The notes: generated by a model from the sequence alone, not told the origin. DNA of 10,865 nucleotides from an uncultured archaeon (GCA_964493715.1 CAZBPC010000102.1:1-10865); one strand, 5' to 3'; numbered from the stretch's first letter, positions 1 through 8,697 are shown. Numbers and translations are program-made.

Positions 1-301
1 TCATTATCTCCTCATATTTATTTGGATCATATCCAACCACAAATTTATCATCACAAACTAAGAATGGATAGGCAATCCGATCTGGTTTATAATTTTCTCT
101 GAGATATTCAAGAATTTCTGACTTCTGACTTGGTAAGAGACTATCTAAATCAATGTATTTATATTTAATATCTCGGTCCTTTAGATATGCTTTGCATTTT
201 TTACACCACATACATGTACTTAAAGTGAAAATACTCACTTCATGAGAATCATTCTTACCATCAACTTGGTTAAAGAGGTCTACCATAGATTTTGGAAGCA
301 T
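1..301 (-). CDS. Glutaredoxin/NrdH-like redoxin (3' end runs off the window)
   Basis: Manual translation from ATG at 301: MLPKSMVDLFNQVDGKNDSHEVSIFTLSTCMWCKKCKAYLKDRDIKYKYIDLD...RIAYPFLVCDDKFVVGYDPNKYEEIM (100 codons, no stop before the edge). CxxC active site (CMWC), cis-Pro motif (AYP), VVGYD tail typical of Grx/NrdH. SD-like AGTGA 5 nt upstream. Confidence 0.9.
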   Translation of the reverse strand, partial: MLPKSMVDLFNQVDGKNDSHEVSIFTLSTCMWCKKCKAYLKDRDIKYKYIDLDSLLPSQKSEILEYLRENYKPDRIAYPFLVCDDKFVVGYDPNKYEEIM

Positions 302-369
302 ATTTATCACTATTTATTGATTTTTTGTTATGTAATTGAAAGATAGAATTAAAAGATATTAAATTAAGG

Positions 370-377
370 TTTATAAA
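370..377 (-). promoter_or_regulatory. Putative archaeal TATA box for the glutaredoxin gene
   Basis: Palindromic TTTATAAA about 70 nt upstream of the ATG at 301. The AT-rich background lowers specificity. Confidence 0.35.
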
Positions 378-389
378 TCAAAATTAATT

Positions 390-842
390 TTAAATTTTCA
401 ACTTTTTAACATTTTCACGCCAGTTTACATCGATGCACTCGAATGCTTTTTCAGTACGTTCTCTAATGTCCGCATCACAAGAATTTATTAAAATCCCTAA
501 ATGTTGTAAAGCACGTTTATCTCCTATCTTCATTAAGCTATCAATAATTAAGAATAATCTGGCTTTATCTTGATCCTCTTCCGGTTTTTCGAGCTCTTCA
601 GATAACAATTTGAGTATTGATAATGTAGATTTTGTATTTCTAATTTCTCCCATTGCCTCAATTATCCGATTTATTACTACCGCATCGTTTTCTTTATTTA
701 AAGCTTTGATCAAAAGATTAACTGCTCGTCCTTCTTTTAGATGTCCTAATTTTCTTGCAGCTGCGGCTCTTTCCATGATTTTTCCGTGGAATAATTTCTT
801 AATAGATTCGTTGAATTCATCCTTTTTACTATCTTCATCCAT
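390..842 (-). CDS. HEAT-repeat (PBS lyase HEAT-like) protein
   Basis: About three repeats of the type R-x-x-A-A-x-x-L-G-x(6)-V-x-x-L-I-x-A-L (ERAAAARKLGHLKEGRAVNLLIKAL; NRIIEAMGEIRNTKSTLSILKLL; IIDSLMKIGDKRALQHLGILI). Confidence 0.85.
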   Translation of the reverse strand: MDEDSKKDEFNESIKKLFHGKIMERAAAARKLGHLKEGRAVNLLIKALNKENDAVVINRIIEAMGEIRNTKSTLSILKLLSEELEKPEEDQDKARLFLIIDSLMKIGDKRALQHLGILINSCDADIRERTEKAFECIDVNWRENVKKLKI

Positions 843-986
843 ATAAGATTGAGAAATTTAAAACATTAAAATCTGGTTTTTATAATTTATTAAGTTTTAG
901 AACAAGTAGAGTTTGATTTTTAGCTAATTAGAAAAGAATACTGATATTTATTAATAAATCAATTAAATTAAAAATGGGAGAACCCT

Positions 987-1011
987 TTGTGTTTCACAAT
1001 CAATTATAAAT
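987..1011 (+). promoter_or_regulatory. Inverted repeat TTGTG-N3-CACAA followed by putative TATA box of the MFS gene
   Basis: TTGTG(987-991) TTT CACAA(995-999), then TTATAAAT at 1004-1011, about 65 nt upstream of the ATG at 1076. Confidence 0.4.
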
Positions 1012-1075
1012 ACATCCCGAACAAATTATCATTAATTTACATTTTACAGAAAATAAAAAAAAAAAGGTTTTTACG

Positions 1076-2443
1076 ATGGAAAGTGAATTAACACACTCGA
1101 AATTAAACATGGCCTCTTATGGTTTCTCGAAATTCCTAAGTGAGTTCATTGAAATGGCGTTCGCTACATGGGGATTCGCGTTTTATGAATCAGTATTAGG
1201 CTTAAATTCCCTTTGGGTAGGTATTGGTTTTGCAATTTTCGCAATATGGAATGCAGTTAATGATCCTCTTATGGGATTCTTAACTAATAGACCATTTAAA
1301 TTTACACGGAAATGGGGCCGTCGGTTTCCTTGGATCATCATCGGTGGAGTTCCATATGTATTAAGTTACACACTAATTTTTACACCCCCTGGTTCGGAAC
1401 CTTTAATACTCTTCTTATGGTTAATCTTTTCTACATGTCTTTTCGATCTCTTTAACTCGATTTTTTTTATAAATTATGTTTCTCTTTTTCCCGATAAATT
1501 TAGATCAGTTAAAGAACGGAGAACTGCCACTGCGATTCAAACACCGATAGGAATAATTGGTATAGCATTAGGTTTTATTATTCCTCCTCTTATTGTGGAT
1601 AATGCCTCTCCCTCTACATTTATCATACAAGGAGTTGTTATGAGTATTGGAGGATTAATAGCACTTGCTTTAGCAATACCCGGATGTCGAGAAGATCAAG
1701 TCACTATTGACAAATATATGTTAACAGAGGAAAATCGCGAGAAGGATACAACCTTCTTTAAAACATTGAGAGCAGCTATGAAGCAAAAGAATTTTGTAGT
1801 CTTTATTATCAGTTATACGTTTTACCGTTTCCTCATAATTTCCATTCAAGCTTCTATATATTATGTTGTTACATTTATAATGGGAGAACAAGAAAAGATA
1901 ATGACCTATCTATCCGCGAGCTTTCTTATTGGAGCTCTATTCAGTTCACCTCTCTGGGCTCTACTTGCACATCGCACTAACAATAATAAAAAGGTAATGT
2001 TAATTTCAAGCATAGTCTTGGTTGCAACTACAATACCTTTGATGTTTATTGACAATTGGATCGTAATATTATTACCTATAGTCTTATGGGGAATTGGTGA
2101 GGGAGGTTATTGGACAATGATAGCTCCAGTGTTAGGAGATGTGATAGATGAATCAGTGGTTATTTCTGGTAAAAGACAAGAGGGAATTTATAACGGATTC
2201 TTGCAATTCTTCGGGCGGTTAGCAATTTTAATGCAAGCTGTCTCCTTTTCAACAATTCATATTATAACAGGGTTCACTACTGATCCTTATTCTGAATTAT
2301 CCTTATTCGGAATTGATCTTCACTTCGCTCTCATCCCAGCCATAATAATGCTAATCGGTACTATCATATTCTGGAGATACTATAAATTAACTCCTGATAG
2401 GGTAAAAGAACATCAAGAAAGAGTGATAGAACTTAAATTATAA
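1076..2443 (+). CDS. MFS transporter, glycoside-pentoside-hexuronide (GPH/MelB-like) cation symporter
   Basis: 455 aa, about 12 hydrophobic segments. Family motifs WNAVNDPLMG, KWGRRFPW, DVIDE...GKRQEGIY and C-terminal YKLT. Confidence 0.92.
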   Translation: MESELTHSKLNMASYGFSKFLSEFIEMAFATWGFAFYESVLGLNSLWVGIGFAIFAIWNAVNDPLMGFLTNRPFKFTRKWGRRFPWIIIGGVPYVLSYTLIFTPPGSEPLILFLWLIFSTCLFDLFNSIFFINYVSLFPDKFRSVKERRTATAIQTPIGIIGIALGFIIPPLIVDNASPSTFIIQGVVMSIGGLIALALAIPGCREDQVTIDKYMLTEENREKDTTFFKTLRAAMKQKNFVVFIISYTFYRFLIISIQASIYYVVTFIMGEQEKIMTYLSASFLIGALFSSPLWALLAHRTNNNKKVMLISSIVLVATTIPLMFIDNWIVILLPIVLWGIGEGGYWTMIAPVLGDVIDESVVISGKRQEGIYNGFLQFFGRLAILMQAVSFSTIHIITGFTTDPYSELSLFGIDLHFALIPAIIMLIGTIIFWRYYKLTPDRVKEHQERVIELKL

Positions 2444-2448
2444 CTCTG

Positions 2449-2461
2449 TTTTTTCTTTTTT
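2449..2461 (+). terminator. Oligo-T tract, putative archaeal terminator
   Basis: TTTTTTCTTTTTT immediately after the MFS stop codon, in a convergent intergenic region. Confidence 0.45.
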
Positions 2462-2562
2462 AATTGAAACTAGAGGAAATGAACACTCGTTCCAAAAAGA
2501 AATTAAAATAATAAATTAGTTATTTAATATATATAATAATTATAAAAAATTTAATGAAAGCA

Positions 2563-3198
2563 TTATTTTCCCGCTAAATTTTTAATATGCCTTACTCCAT
2601 CTACAGCATCATCTGCGAAATCGTCTGCGCCTAACCGTTTAGCAAGTTCCATATTTAATGGAGCTCCACCTACGATTAATTTTACTTTATCTCTAAGACC
2701 CGCTGATTTTAACGCTTCATGAGTGGTTTTAATATGTTCAACAGTCATGGTCAATAAGGAACTTAACGCGACGATTGTGGCTCCAGTTTCTTTTACTTTT
2801 TCAACAATGACATTCTCATTAACATCCATGCCCAAATCATAAACTTCAAAACCACTGGATAATAATAGTGAACCTAAAATGTTCTTTCCAATGTCATGAT
2901 TGTCTCCTTGTACCGTTGCTATTATTATTTTAGTTTTATCTACTGATTGGTCTGCTGCTGCTAAAGCTGGTTGAAGAACTTTAAATGCTTCTTTCATCGT
3001 TTCTCCAGCTAACACTAATTCTGTCAAGTAATATTCTTTTTCTTCATATCGACGGCCAACTTCATCCATTCCTTTTGTTAATGCATTTAGAACCTCAAAT
3101 GGATCCTTTCCATCTGCTTCTAAAGCCTCTTTTACAGCTGCTTCAATATCATCTACTTCCAATTCAATTATAAGTTCTGTTAATTTCTCAAAATCCAT
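2563..3198 (-). CDS. Methyltransferase cognate corrinoid protein (MtaC/MtbC/MttC-like B12-binding protein)
   Basis: N-terminal cap domain (LTKGMDEVGRRYEEKEYYLTELVLAGETM) plus B12-binding Rossmann domain with DxHxxG (GDNHDIGKN), SxL (LSSLLT) and GG (VGGAP). SD-like AGGGGT upstream. Confidence 0.93.
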   Translation of the reverse strand: MDFEKLTELIIELEVDDIEAAVKEALEADGKDPFEVLNALTKGMDEVGRRYEEKEYYLTELVLAGETMKEAFKVLQPALAAADQSVDKTKIIIATVQGDNHDIGKNILGSLLLSSGFEVYDLGMDVNENVIVEKVKETGATIVALSSLLTMTVEHIKTTHEALKSAGLRDKVKLIVGGAPLNMELAKRLGADDFADDAVDGVRHIKNLAGK

Positions 3199-3646
3199 AT
3201 TATAATTATTACCCCTAAGTTAGTAAATAAGTAATTTATTAATAGTATACCCTAAAAATTATAAATATTACTACTCCATTTCTTTTGAAATTAATACTCG
3301 TAAATCAATAACAATAAGAAATTTTATCTTAAAACCTTTGGTTTAAGTTTTTTTATTTTAAAAAAAAAGAATGAGGGAAGACCGAAAATAAAAAACCTTT
3401 AAGGTTTATTCATTTTAAAGTTTAGTTACCATTTAATTAGGAAATTTCCTCATCACGTGCGATAAACACGTTGATTTAGGGGATATTTATATTTATTTTT
3501 TTCTGACTTCCCTCTAATAATTAATGATCACAAGTTTCTATATAAAGTTAATTATAAACAGACTCAATATTCAGTCGTGTTTAGAAGGAGTTAAATATTA
3601 TTTTAAGTAGCCATGAACTATAAAAAATCATAATTATTATTGACGA

Positions 3647-4399
3647 ATGATCATGGAAAGAGATTTTTTCGAAGAAATTTACAGTTCAGATTCAAGGGAC
3701 GATCTTAAACTAATAAAAGATAATGAATTAGTGGTTTTTGCGCGTGATTTGGTTAAAAATTATGAAATAGGAGATTTTATAATAAAAGCTGTAGATCACG
3801 TATCTTTAGAAATAAAAAGAGGCGAATTTATCGTGATTAAAGGACATTCAGGTGCAGGAAAAACTACACTACTAAATTTAATCGGCGGACTTGATCTTCC
3901 AGATCAGGGGATAATATATTATGATGGTGTGCTTATTACGAGCATGAATGAGGAATCATTGGCAACTTTTCGTTTAATGAATTCTGGTTTCATATTTCAA
4001 AATTATAATCTTATAAGTACCTTAACTGCTGAAGAAAACATAATGTTTCCAATGAGTTTGGCAGGAGTTAGTTTAAAAGATCAAAGAGAACGAGCTCTTA
4101 ATTTATTATTAAAAATAGGATTAGGAGATAGAAGAGAACATCTACCGTTTCAATTATCTGCTGGTGAGCAGCAAAGGGTGGCAATAGCACGTGCACTTGC
4201 AAATAAACCTCCAAATATTTTAGCAGATGAACCGACCGCTAACTTAGACAACAAAACAAGCATTTTCATTCAAAGATTATTTAAAGAATTGAAAGAAGAA
4301 GGAACTACTATAATAATCGCTTCTCATGATGATGGATTAATTGAATTGGCTGATAGAATTATTTTATTTGAAGAAGGAAAGATTTTAAATAATACTTAA
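3647..4399 (+). CDS. ABC transporter ATP-binding protein, MacB/LolD/FtsE family
   Basis: Walker A GHSGAGKT, Q-loop GFIFQNYNLI, signature LSAGEQQRVAIARAL, Walker B/D-loop ILADEPTANLD, H-loop ASHD. Confidence 0.95.
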   Translation: MIMERDFFEEIYSSDSRDDLKLIKDNELVVFARDLVKNYEIGDFIIKAVDHVSLEIKRGEFIVIKGHSGAGKTTLLNLIGGLDLPDQGIIYYDGVLITSMNEESLATFRLMNSGFIFQNYNLISTLTAEENIMFPMSLAGVSLKDQRERALNLLLKIGLGDRREHLPFQLSAGEQQRVAIARALANKPPNILADEPTANLDNKTSIFIQRLFKELKEEGTTIIIASHDDGLIELADRIILFEEGKILNNT

Positions 4400-4402
4400 G
4401 AT

Positions 4403-4409
4403 GAGGTGA
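4403..4409 (+). promoter_or_regulatory. Shine-Dalgarno motif GAGGTGA for the permease gene
   Basis: Strong match to the archaeal SD consensus, 4 nt after the ATPase stop and 7 nt before the in-frame ATA at 4417. Confidence 0.7.
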
Positions 4410-4416
4410 ATTTTTT

Positions 4417-6327
4417 ATATCATTTGATTTTGCTTTAAAAGATTTTTATAGGAAAAAAGAAATTTCTCTTCCATATGTTATTATTATTAGTCTGATAATA
4501 GCTCTAGCGGAATTCTTAATATTATTTGCTTCATCAATTGGACTGAATCAACTTATAACATACAATTTTCAAAATGAATTTTATTTTTCAGGAGGACTAA
4601 ATTATCTTTATTCGAATTTCACAATTTTAGTAATTAGTCTAATAATTGTATTAGCTTTTATAATGATATTAGTTGTGTCAAGTAGTTTACTCCTTTCAAA
4701 AAAACGAGATATTGCAATAATGAAATCCTTAGGAACGATTCCTAAAAAGCTCTATAGCTTTTATCTAACAGAATGTTATATTGTATTCTTTATTGGGTTC
4801 TTTTTAGGACTTATTATAGGCTCAATAGCATTTGGTGTGTACTCATTAATCATGAGCAGTTTCGGATTATCGGGATTTTTCTATTTTGATTTTTTTTTCA
4901 CACCAATTTTATTTCTCGCTAGTATCCTTGGTATTTTTTTCGTACCTGGGTCTATTATGCGGAAATTAGCGAATCGATCAACAATCAAAATCTTCTCTAA
5001 AGATATTCCTTTCAACTTAGATGCTTCAATAAAAATTTCCTTCATACTAAAATGGATTTCAGGTATAGGATTTAATTTTAAAATCTCTGTATTAAATACT
5101 ATAAGACGTAAAGGAGAATTTAAAAGATTTTTAATAGTTTTTTCCCTAATTTCGGTTATTATTTTTACTTTGGGTCTTGGAATATTCGTTTTAAGTCAAT
5201 CTGCTCAAAATTGGATACAAAAAGCACAAGGAAATAATTTAATTGTGATTGGGCACGAAAATCTAATTAAACAATATGCCTTAATGTATGAGATGTTCTC
5301 TGATCCTTCAATAATCGTGAATACAGATACATTTGATTTTCTTGATCCACAATATTTATTTAATTTATCTGATATTGAAGAATTTACTCTTATTCCTGAA
5401 ATTTCAAAAATAGATGAACGACTCCTATGTTTCAGCGATGTAAGCGAGTTAAACGGATATGTATATCCTGAAGATGGTGGTTATCAAATAGTTGGTCAAG
5501 AGAGAACAGGGACTTTCCCTATATTAGGAGTTAATATCAGTAATTTAATTCAGAATTTTGAATTAGAAGGCGCTTATTTTACTCCTTCTGATTCATATGT
5601 GAATATGTTTATTGGTGATGGTTTAGGATATAACTTTTTCGACTCACCATTTGATCAAAGTATGAGAATTGAAGAGCTTCAACATACTTTTCATATATCA
5701 GGTATAGTGGTAGATACGTTTTATAGTGGTTATGCGGGTTATATCGATAGTGAGATAATGAGAGAAGAACTGAATTTCACAAGTCAGGAAATAAATCTTA
5801 TCCAATTGCAATTAGGATCTGAAATCAATGCTGAAATTGAAGATCAATTAAATTTTATCATTTCTGGAAATTTAGGAGAAAATTTTACATTTCTTTCACT
5901 AGCTTCTGTATTTCAAAAAAATCAAGAATTTATTACAAATATAGATCTCGTTCCGAATATTATTATTGTTTTTCTTTTGATAATTTCCTTATTATCAATA
6001 TATAATTATCAAAAAAGTGGGATTATGGATAAGGCAAAAGATTTTTTAATTATGAGAGCGATGGGTTCTAGCTATAGAAGCATTAAAAGAATATTATTTC
6101 TTGAGGCGTTCTATGTCATAACCCCATCATTATTTTTGAGTTTAGGGATCGGAATGATATTGAATACTTTAGTCCTATTTGATAGAGCTACTTTGCCCCC
6201 CCTATATGTTCCATTCTTTCTTATTGGAATTTTATTTAGTCTATTTTTGGTATTTACGTATCTAAGTCTTTATTCTCTCATAAAAAAAATCAAAATATTT
6301 TCAATTAAGGATTTTGAAATATATTGA
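4417..6327 (+). CDS. ABC transporter permease, FtsX/MacB family, two fused 4-TM units (636 aa if started at ATA 4417; the ORF-track start at 4663 looks truncated)
   Basis: The frame is open from the TGA at 4402-4404 to 6327. The extension reads (M)SFDFALKDFYRKKEISLPYVIIISLIIALAEFLILF..., the typical amphipathic helix plus TM1. Two coupling-helix motifs: KKRDIAIMKSLG and KAKDFLIMRAMG. Confidence 0.88.
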   Translation: MSFDFALKDFYRKKEISLPYVIIISLIIALAEFLILFASSIGLNQLITYNFQNEFYFSGGLNYLYSNFTILVISLIIVLAFIMILVVSSSLLLSKKRDIAIMKSLGTIPKKLYSFYLTECYIVFFIGFFLGLIIGSIAFGVYSLIMSSFGLSGFFYFDFFFTPILFLASILGIFFVPGSIMRKLANRSTIKIFSKDIPFNLDASIKISFILKWISGIGFNFKISVLNTIRRKGEFKRFLIVFSLISVIIFTLGLGIFVLSQSAQNWIQKAQGNNLIVIGHENLIKQYALMYEMFSDPSIIVNTDTFDFLDPQYLFNLSDIEEFTLIPEISKIDERLLCFSDVSELNGYVYPEDGGYQIVGQERTGTFPILGVNISNLIQNFELEGAYFTPSDSYVNMFIGDGLGYNFFDSPFDQSMRIEELQHTFHISGIVVDTFYSGYAGYIDSEIMREELNFTSQEINLIQLQLGSEINAEIEDQLNFIISGNLGENFTFLSLASVFQKNQEFITNIDLVPNIIIVFLLIISLLSIYNYQKSGIMDKAKDFLIMRAMGSSYRSIKRILFLEAFYVITPSLFLSLGIGMILNTLVLFDRATLPPLYVPFFLIGILFSLFLVFTYLSLYSLIKKIKIFSIKDFEIY

Positions 6328-6409
6328 TGCAATGTGAATGGTAAAAGTTAAATTTGTAATATTAGATGAAATATATATTAAAATCGTTCTTTTTTAATAA
6401 GTGAAAATC

Positions 6410-7705
6410 ATGGTTCCTCAAGATGATAGCGAAGACTTCAATACCTTAAGTGCGCAAATTAATGAGTTAACTAAGGAACTCAATAAAAAAAACAATGAAA
6501 TCGTTCTTTATTCAGAAAAAACCCATATCCTTGAAGATGAGATAATCAAATTGAGAGAACTTCTACCCGATAAAGACTCCAAAAAAAAGGGAAAGAAAGT
6601 TAAAGAAACTAAATTACAACTGGATATAGAAGCAAAAGATCAAGAAATGAGGGAACTCAAGACTCGAATGAGTTATTTACGGATAGAAAATATGGAAAAA
6701 GAAAAAGAACTTAAAAAAATAAAAGGGCTAAATTCTCCCTCCACGGTTATTAATGTTGAGGACTTGAGAGAAAAAACTCCTTTAAACGTCTTAGTAAAAG
6801 AGCTACAAGAAAAAATAAACAAGCAAGAATCAATAATTAGGAGATATCAACAGCATGGTGGTGGGAACGATGATTTTCAAGGTATATTGAAAGCCAAAGA
6901 TATGGAAATCGAAAATCTAAGGGAAAAAATCCAAGAAATAGAAGAAAAACTTTCCAAACATACTAAACTTGATGATCTAAGAGATGGAAATAACGTAACT
7001 AAGAATCTATTGACGGATTTACAAGAGAAACTCAATAGTTTAAAAAAGCAAAATGAAAAATTAAAATCTAAAATCAATGCAAAACAACCGAAGAGTAAAA
7101 CTGAAGACTATGGAAGTAAAAAAAGAGTTAAAGAATTAGAAGACGAGATTAAAACTTTAAAAAGTGAATTAAGTAAAAAAAATAGTCATCAAGAGGAACC
7201 CTTAGAACAAGCAGTTGAAGAATTACAGGACAAGTTAAATAAATCCAAATCAAAAATTAATATCCTTCAAGATCAATTAAAAGGGATTCAAGTTCAAAAT
7301 AAAACTAGTTCTCCTCTTGCAAATGAATCCCATATCGGTACTACTGATAAATTAAAAATGCAAAGAGATTTGGCCGGTTTCTTACAACAGCAATTAGATG
7401 ATGCTAAAAGAGCATTAAAGACAAAAGTAGAAGAAATTGGAACAATCAAGAATGAAGCTATAAGAATAAAAAGACGTTTTGAGGATTTAGAAACACAAAT
7501 TCAAATAAAAGACAATTCCATTAAGGAATTGCGTAATAATTTAGAGACCTTGAAATTACAAGCTCATCTGCATTCTACTAACATCCAAGAAGAGAACCCC
7601 TCAAATGAATTGAGACTTCAAGAATTGAAAAGTATGGTGGAGGATTTAACTAAACAAAACATTCAACAACGGTTAGAAATTAACCAATTAAGAAAAAATA
7701 CTTGA
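6410..7705 (+). CDS. Long cytoplasmic coiled-coil protein, function unknown
   Basis: K/E/L/Q-rich heptad pattern throughout, no hydrophobic segment or signal peptide. ATG 6410 is preferred over GTG 6401 because AGTGA (6400-6404) sits at SD distance from it. Confidence 0.85.
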   Translation: MVPQDDSEDFNTLSAQINELTKELNKKNNEIVLYSEKTHILEDEIIKLRELLPDKDSKKKGKKVKETKLQLDIEAKDQEMRELKTRMSYLRIENMEKEKELKKIKGLNSPSTVINVEDLREKTPLNVLVKELQEKINKQESIIRRYQQHGGGNDDFQGILKAKDMEIENLREKIQEIEEKLSKHTKLDDLRDGNNVTKNLLTDLQEKLNSLKKQNEKLKSKINAKQPKSKTEDYGSKKRVKELEDEIKTLKSELSKKNSHQEEPLEQAVEELQDKLNKSKSKINILQDQLKGIQVQNKTSSPLANESHIGTTDKLKMQRDLAGFLQQQLDDAKRALKTKVEEIGTIKNEAIRIKRRFEDLETQIQIKDNSIKELRNNLETLKLQAHLHSTNIQEENPSNELRLQELKSMVEDLTKQNIQQRLEINQLRKNT

Positions 7706-7719
7706 AACAATGATTCTAC

Positions 7720-8697
7720 ATGGATATTATTATATTAGGATCAGCAGCAGCAATCCCTATGAAAGAGAGGAATTTGCCTTCCGTCGCCTTACGATATCAC
7801 AACGAACTAATTCTTTTTGATTGTGGAGAAGACGTACAGCGTAGAATTATTGAAGCAGGGCTAAAATTTAATAAACCAATGAAAATTCTAATCTCGCATC
7901 TTCATGGAGACCATATTATTGGTTTACCCGGATTATTATTTCGATTTGGATTAATCGAGAGAGCTGCTCCTCTTAAAATATATGGTCCAAGAAATCTATT
8001 TTTATATCTTTTCCTTCATAAAAAAATACTTGGACTTAAAGCAAATTATCCAATTAAAATAACCGAAATTGATCCTTTGAAAAACGTAATAATTGAATTT
8101 GATGGATTAGATTCAGAATCGCCAATAAGTGAAGAAAAAATTGAAAATAACATAATTTTCGACGGAAAAAGATATTCACTGAAGTTTACGACTGTTGAAC
8201 ATTCGGTTATTACATTTGCTTATTCTTTTCTTGAAAAACCGAGAAGTGGAAAATTCAATCCTGAACGAGCAAATGAACTAAAAATTCCCGAAGGGAGATT
8301 ATGGAAAAGAATGCAGGAAGGTAAAACTATAGAATATGGAGATCGTAAAATAAATCCTGAAAAAGAAAAAATCGTAGGACCTAAACTACCAGGTCGAAAA
8401 ATCACCTATTCTGGTGATACATTACCATCTAATAATTTAATAATACTTGGAAAAGATTCAGATGTGTTAATACATGAAGCCACATTTTCAAATGAACTAA
8501 AAAAAATTGCAGAAGAAAAAAAGCATTCTACTTCGGTGGATGCTGCAAAAAGTGCTCTGAAAATGAATGCAAAGAAGTTAATTTTAACTCATATTTCTTC
8601 TAGATATCAAGAAGATGCTGTAGTTTTATTAGAAGATGCGAAAAAATTGTTTCCAAATACGATCTTAGCAGAAGATCTGATGAAAATTACATTATAA
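7720..8697 (+). CDS. rnz: Ribonuclease Z (short-form tRNase Z, tRNA 3' processing)
   Basis: LGSAAAIP...RN, FDCGE, metallo-beta-lactamase HLHGDH, flexible arm (GKFNPERA...IPEG), YSGDT, IHEATF, HST and LTHISSRY motifs. Confidence 0.96.
   Translation: MDIIILGSAAAIPMKERNLPSVALRYHNELILFDCGEDVQRRIIEAGLKFNKPMKILISHLHGDHIIGLPGLLFRFGLIERAAPLKIYGPRNLFLYLFLHKKILGLKANYPIKITEIDPLKNVIIEFDGLDSESPISEEKIENNIIFDGKRYSLKFTTVEHSVITFAYSFLEKPRSGKFNPERANELKIPEGRLWKRMQEGKTIEYGDRKINPEKEKIVGPKLPGRKITYSGDTLPSNNLIILGKDSDVLIHEATFSNELKKIAEEKKHSTSVDAAKSALKMNAKKLILTHISSRYQEDAVVLLEDAKKLFPNTILAEDLMKITL

Noticed and set aside
610-846. 78-aa plus-strand ORF
   Set aside because: Antisense shadow of the HEAT-repeat gene, with no recognisable motif.
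2985-3173. 62-aa plus-strand ORF
   Set aside because: Antisense to the corrinoid protein. The Leu-rich composition is typical of shadow frames.
3450-3456. C-box-like GTGATGA on the minus strand (possible C/D sRNA)
   Set aside because: No CTGA D box at the expected distance downstream.
3199-3646. Cobalamin riboswitch upstream of the corrinoid protein
   Set aside because: No recognisable B12-box or conserved core, and the region is too AT-rich for the required helices.
4402-4404. TGA read-through/selenocysteine or ATPase-permease fusion
   Set aside because: Another in-frame stop (TAA 4390-4392) lies just upstream, the ATPase is in a different frame, and the TGA overlaps the SD motif.
6877-7077. 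66-aa minus-strand ORF
   Set aside because: Phe/Ser-rich mirror of the Lys/Glu codons of the coiled-coil gene.
6401-7705. SMC/Rad50 or EnvC-like assignment for the coiled-coil protein
   Set aside because: No Walker motifs, zinc hook, hinge, signal peptide or peptidase domain.
8220-8405. 61-aa minus-strand ORF
   Set aside because: Antisense shadow inside rnz.
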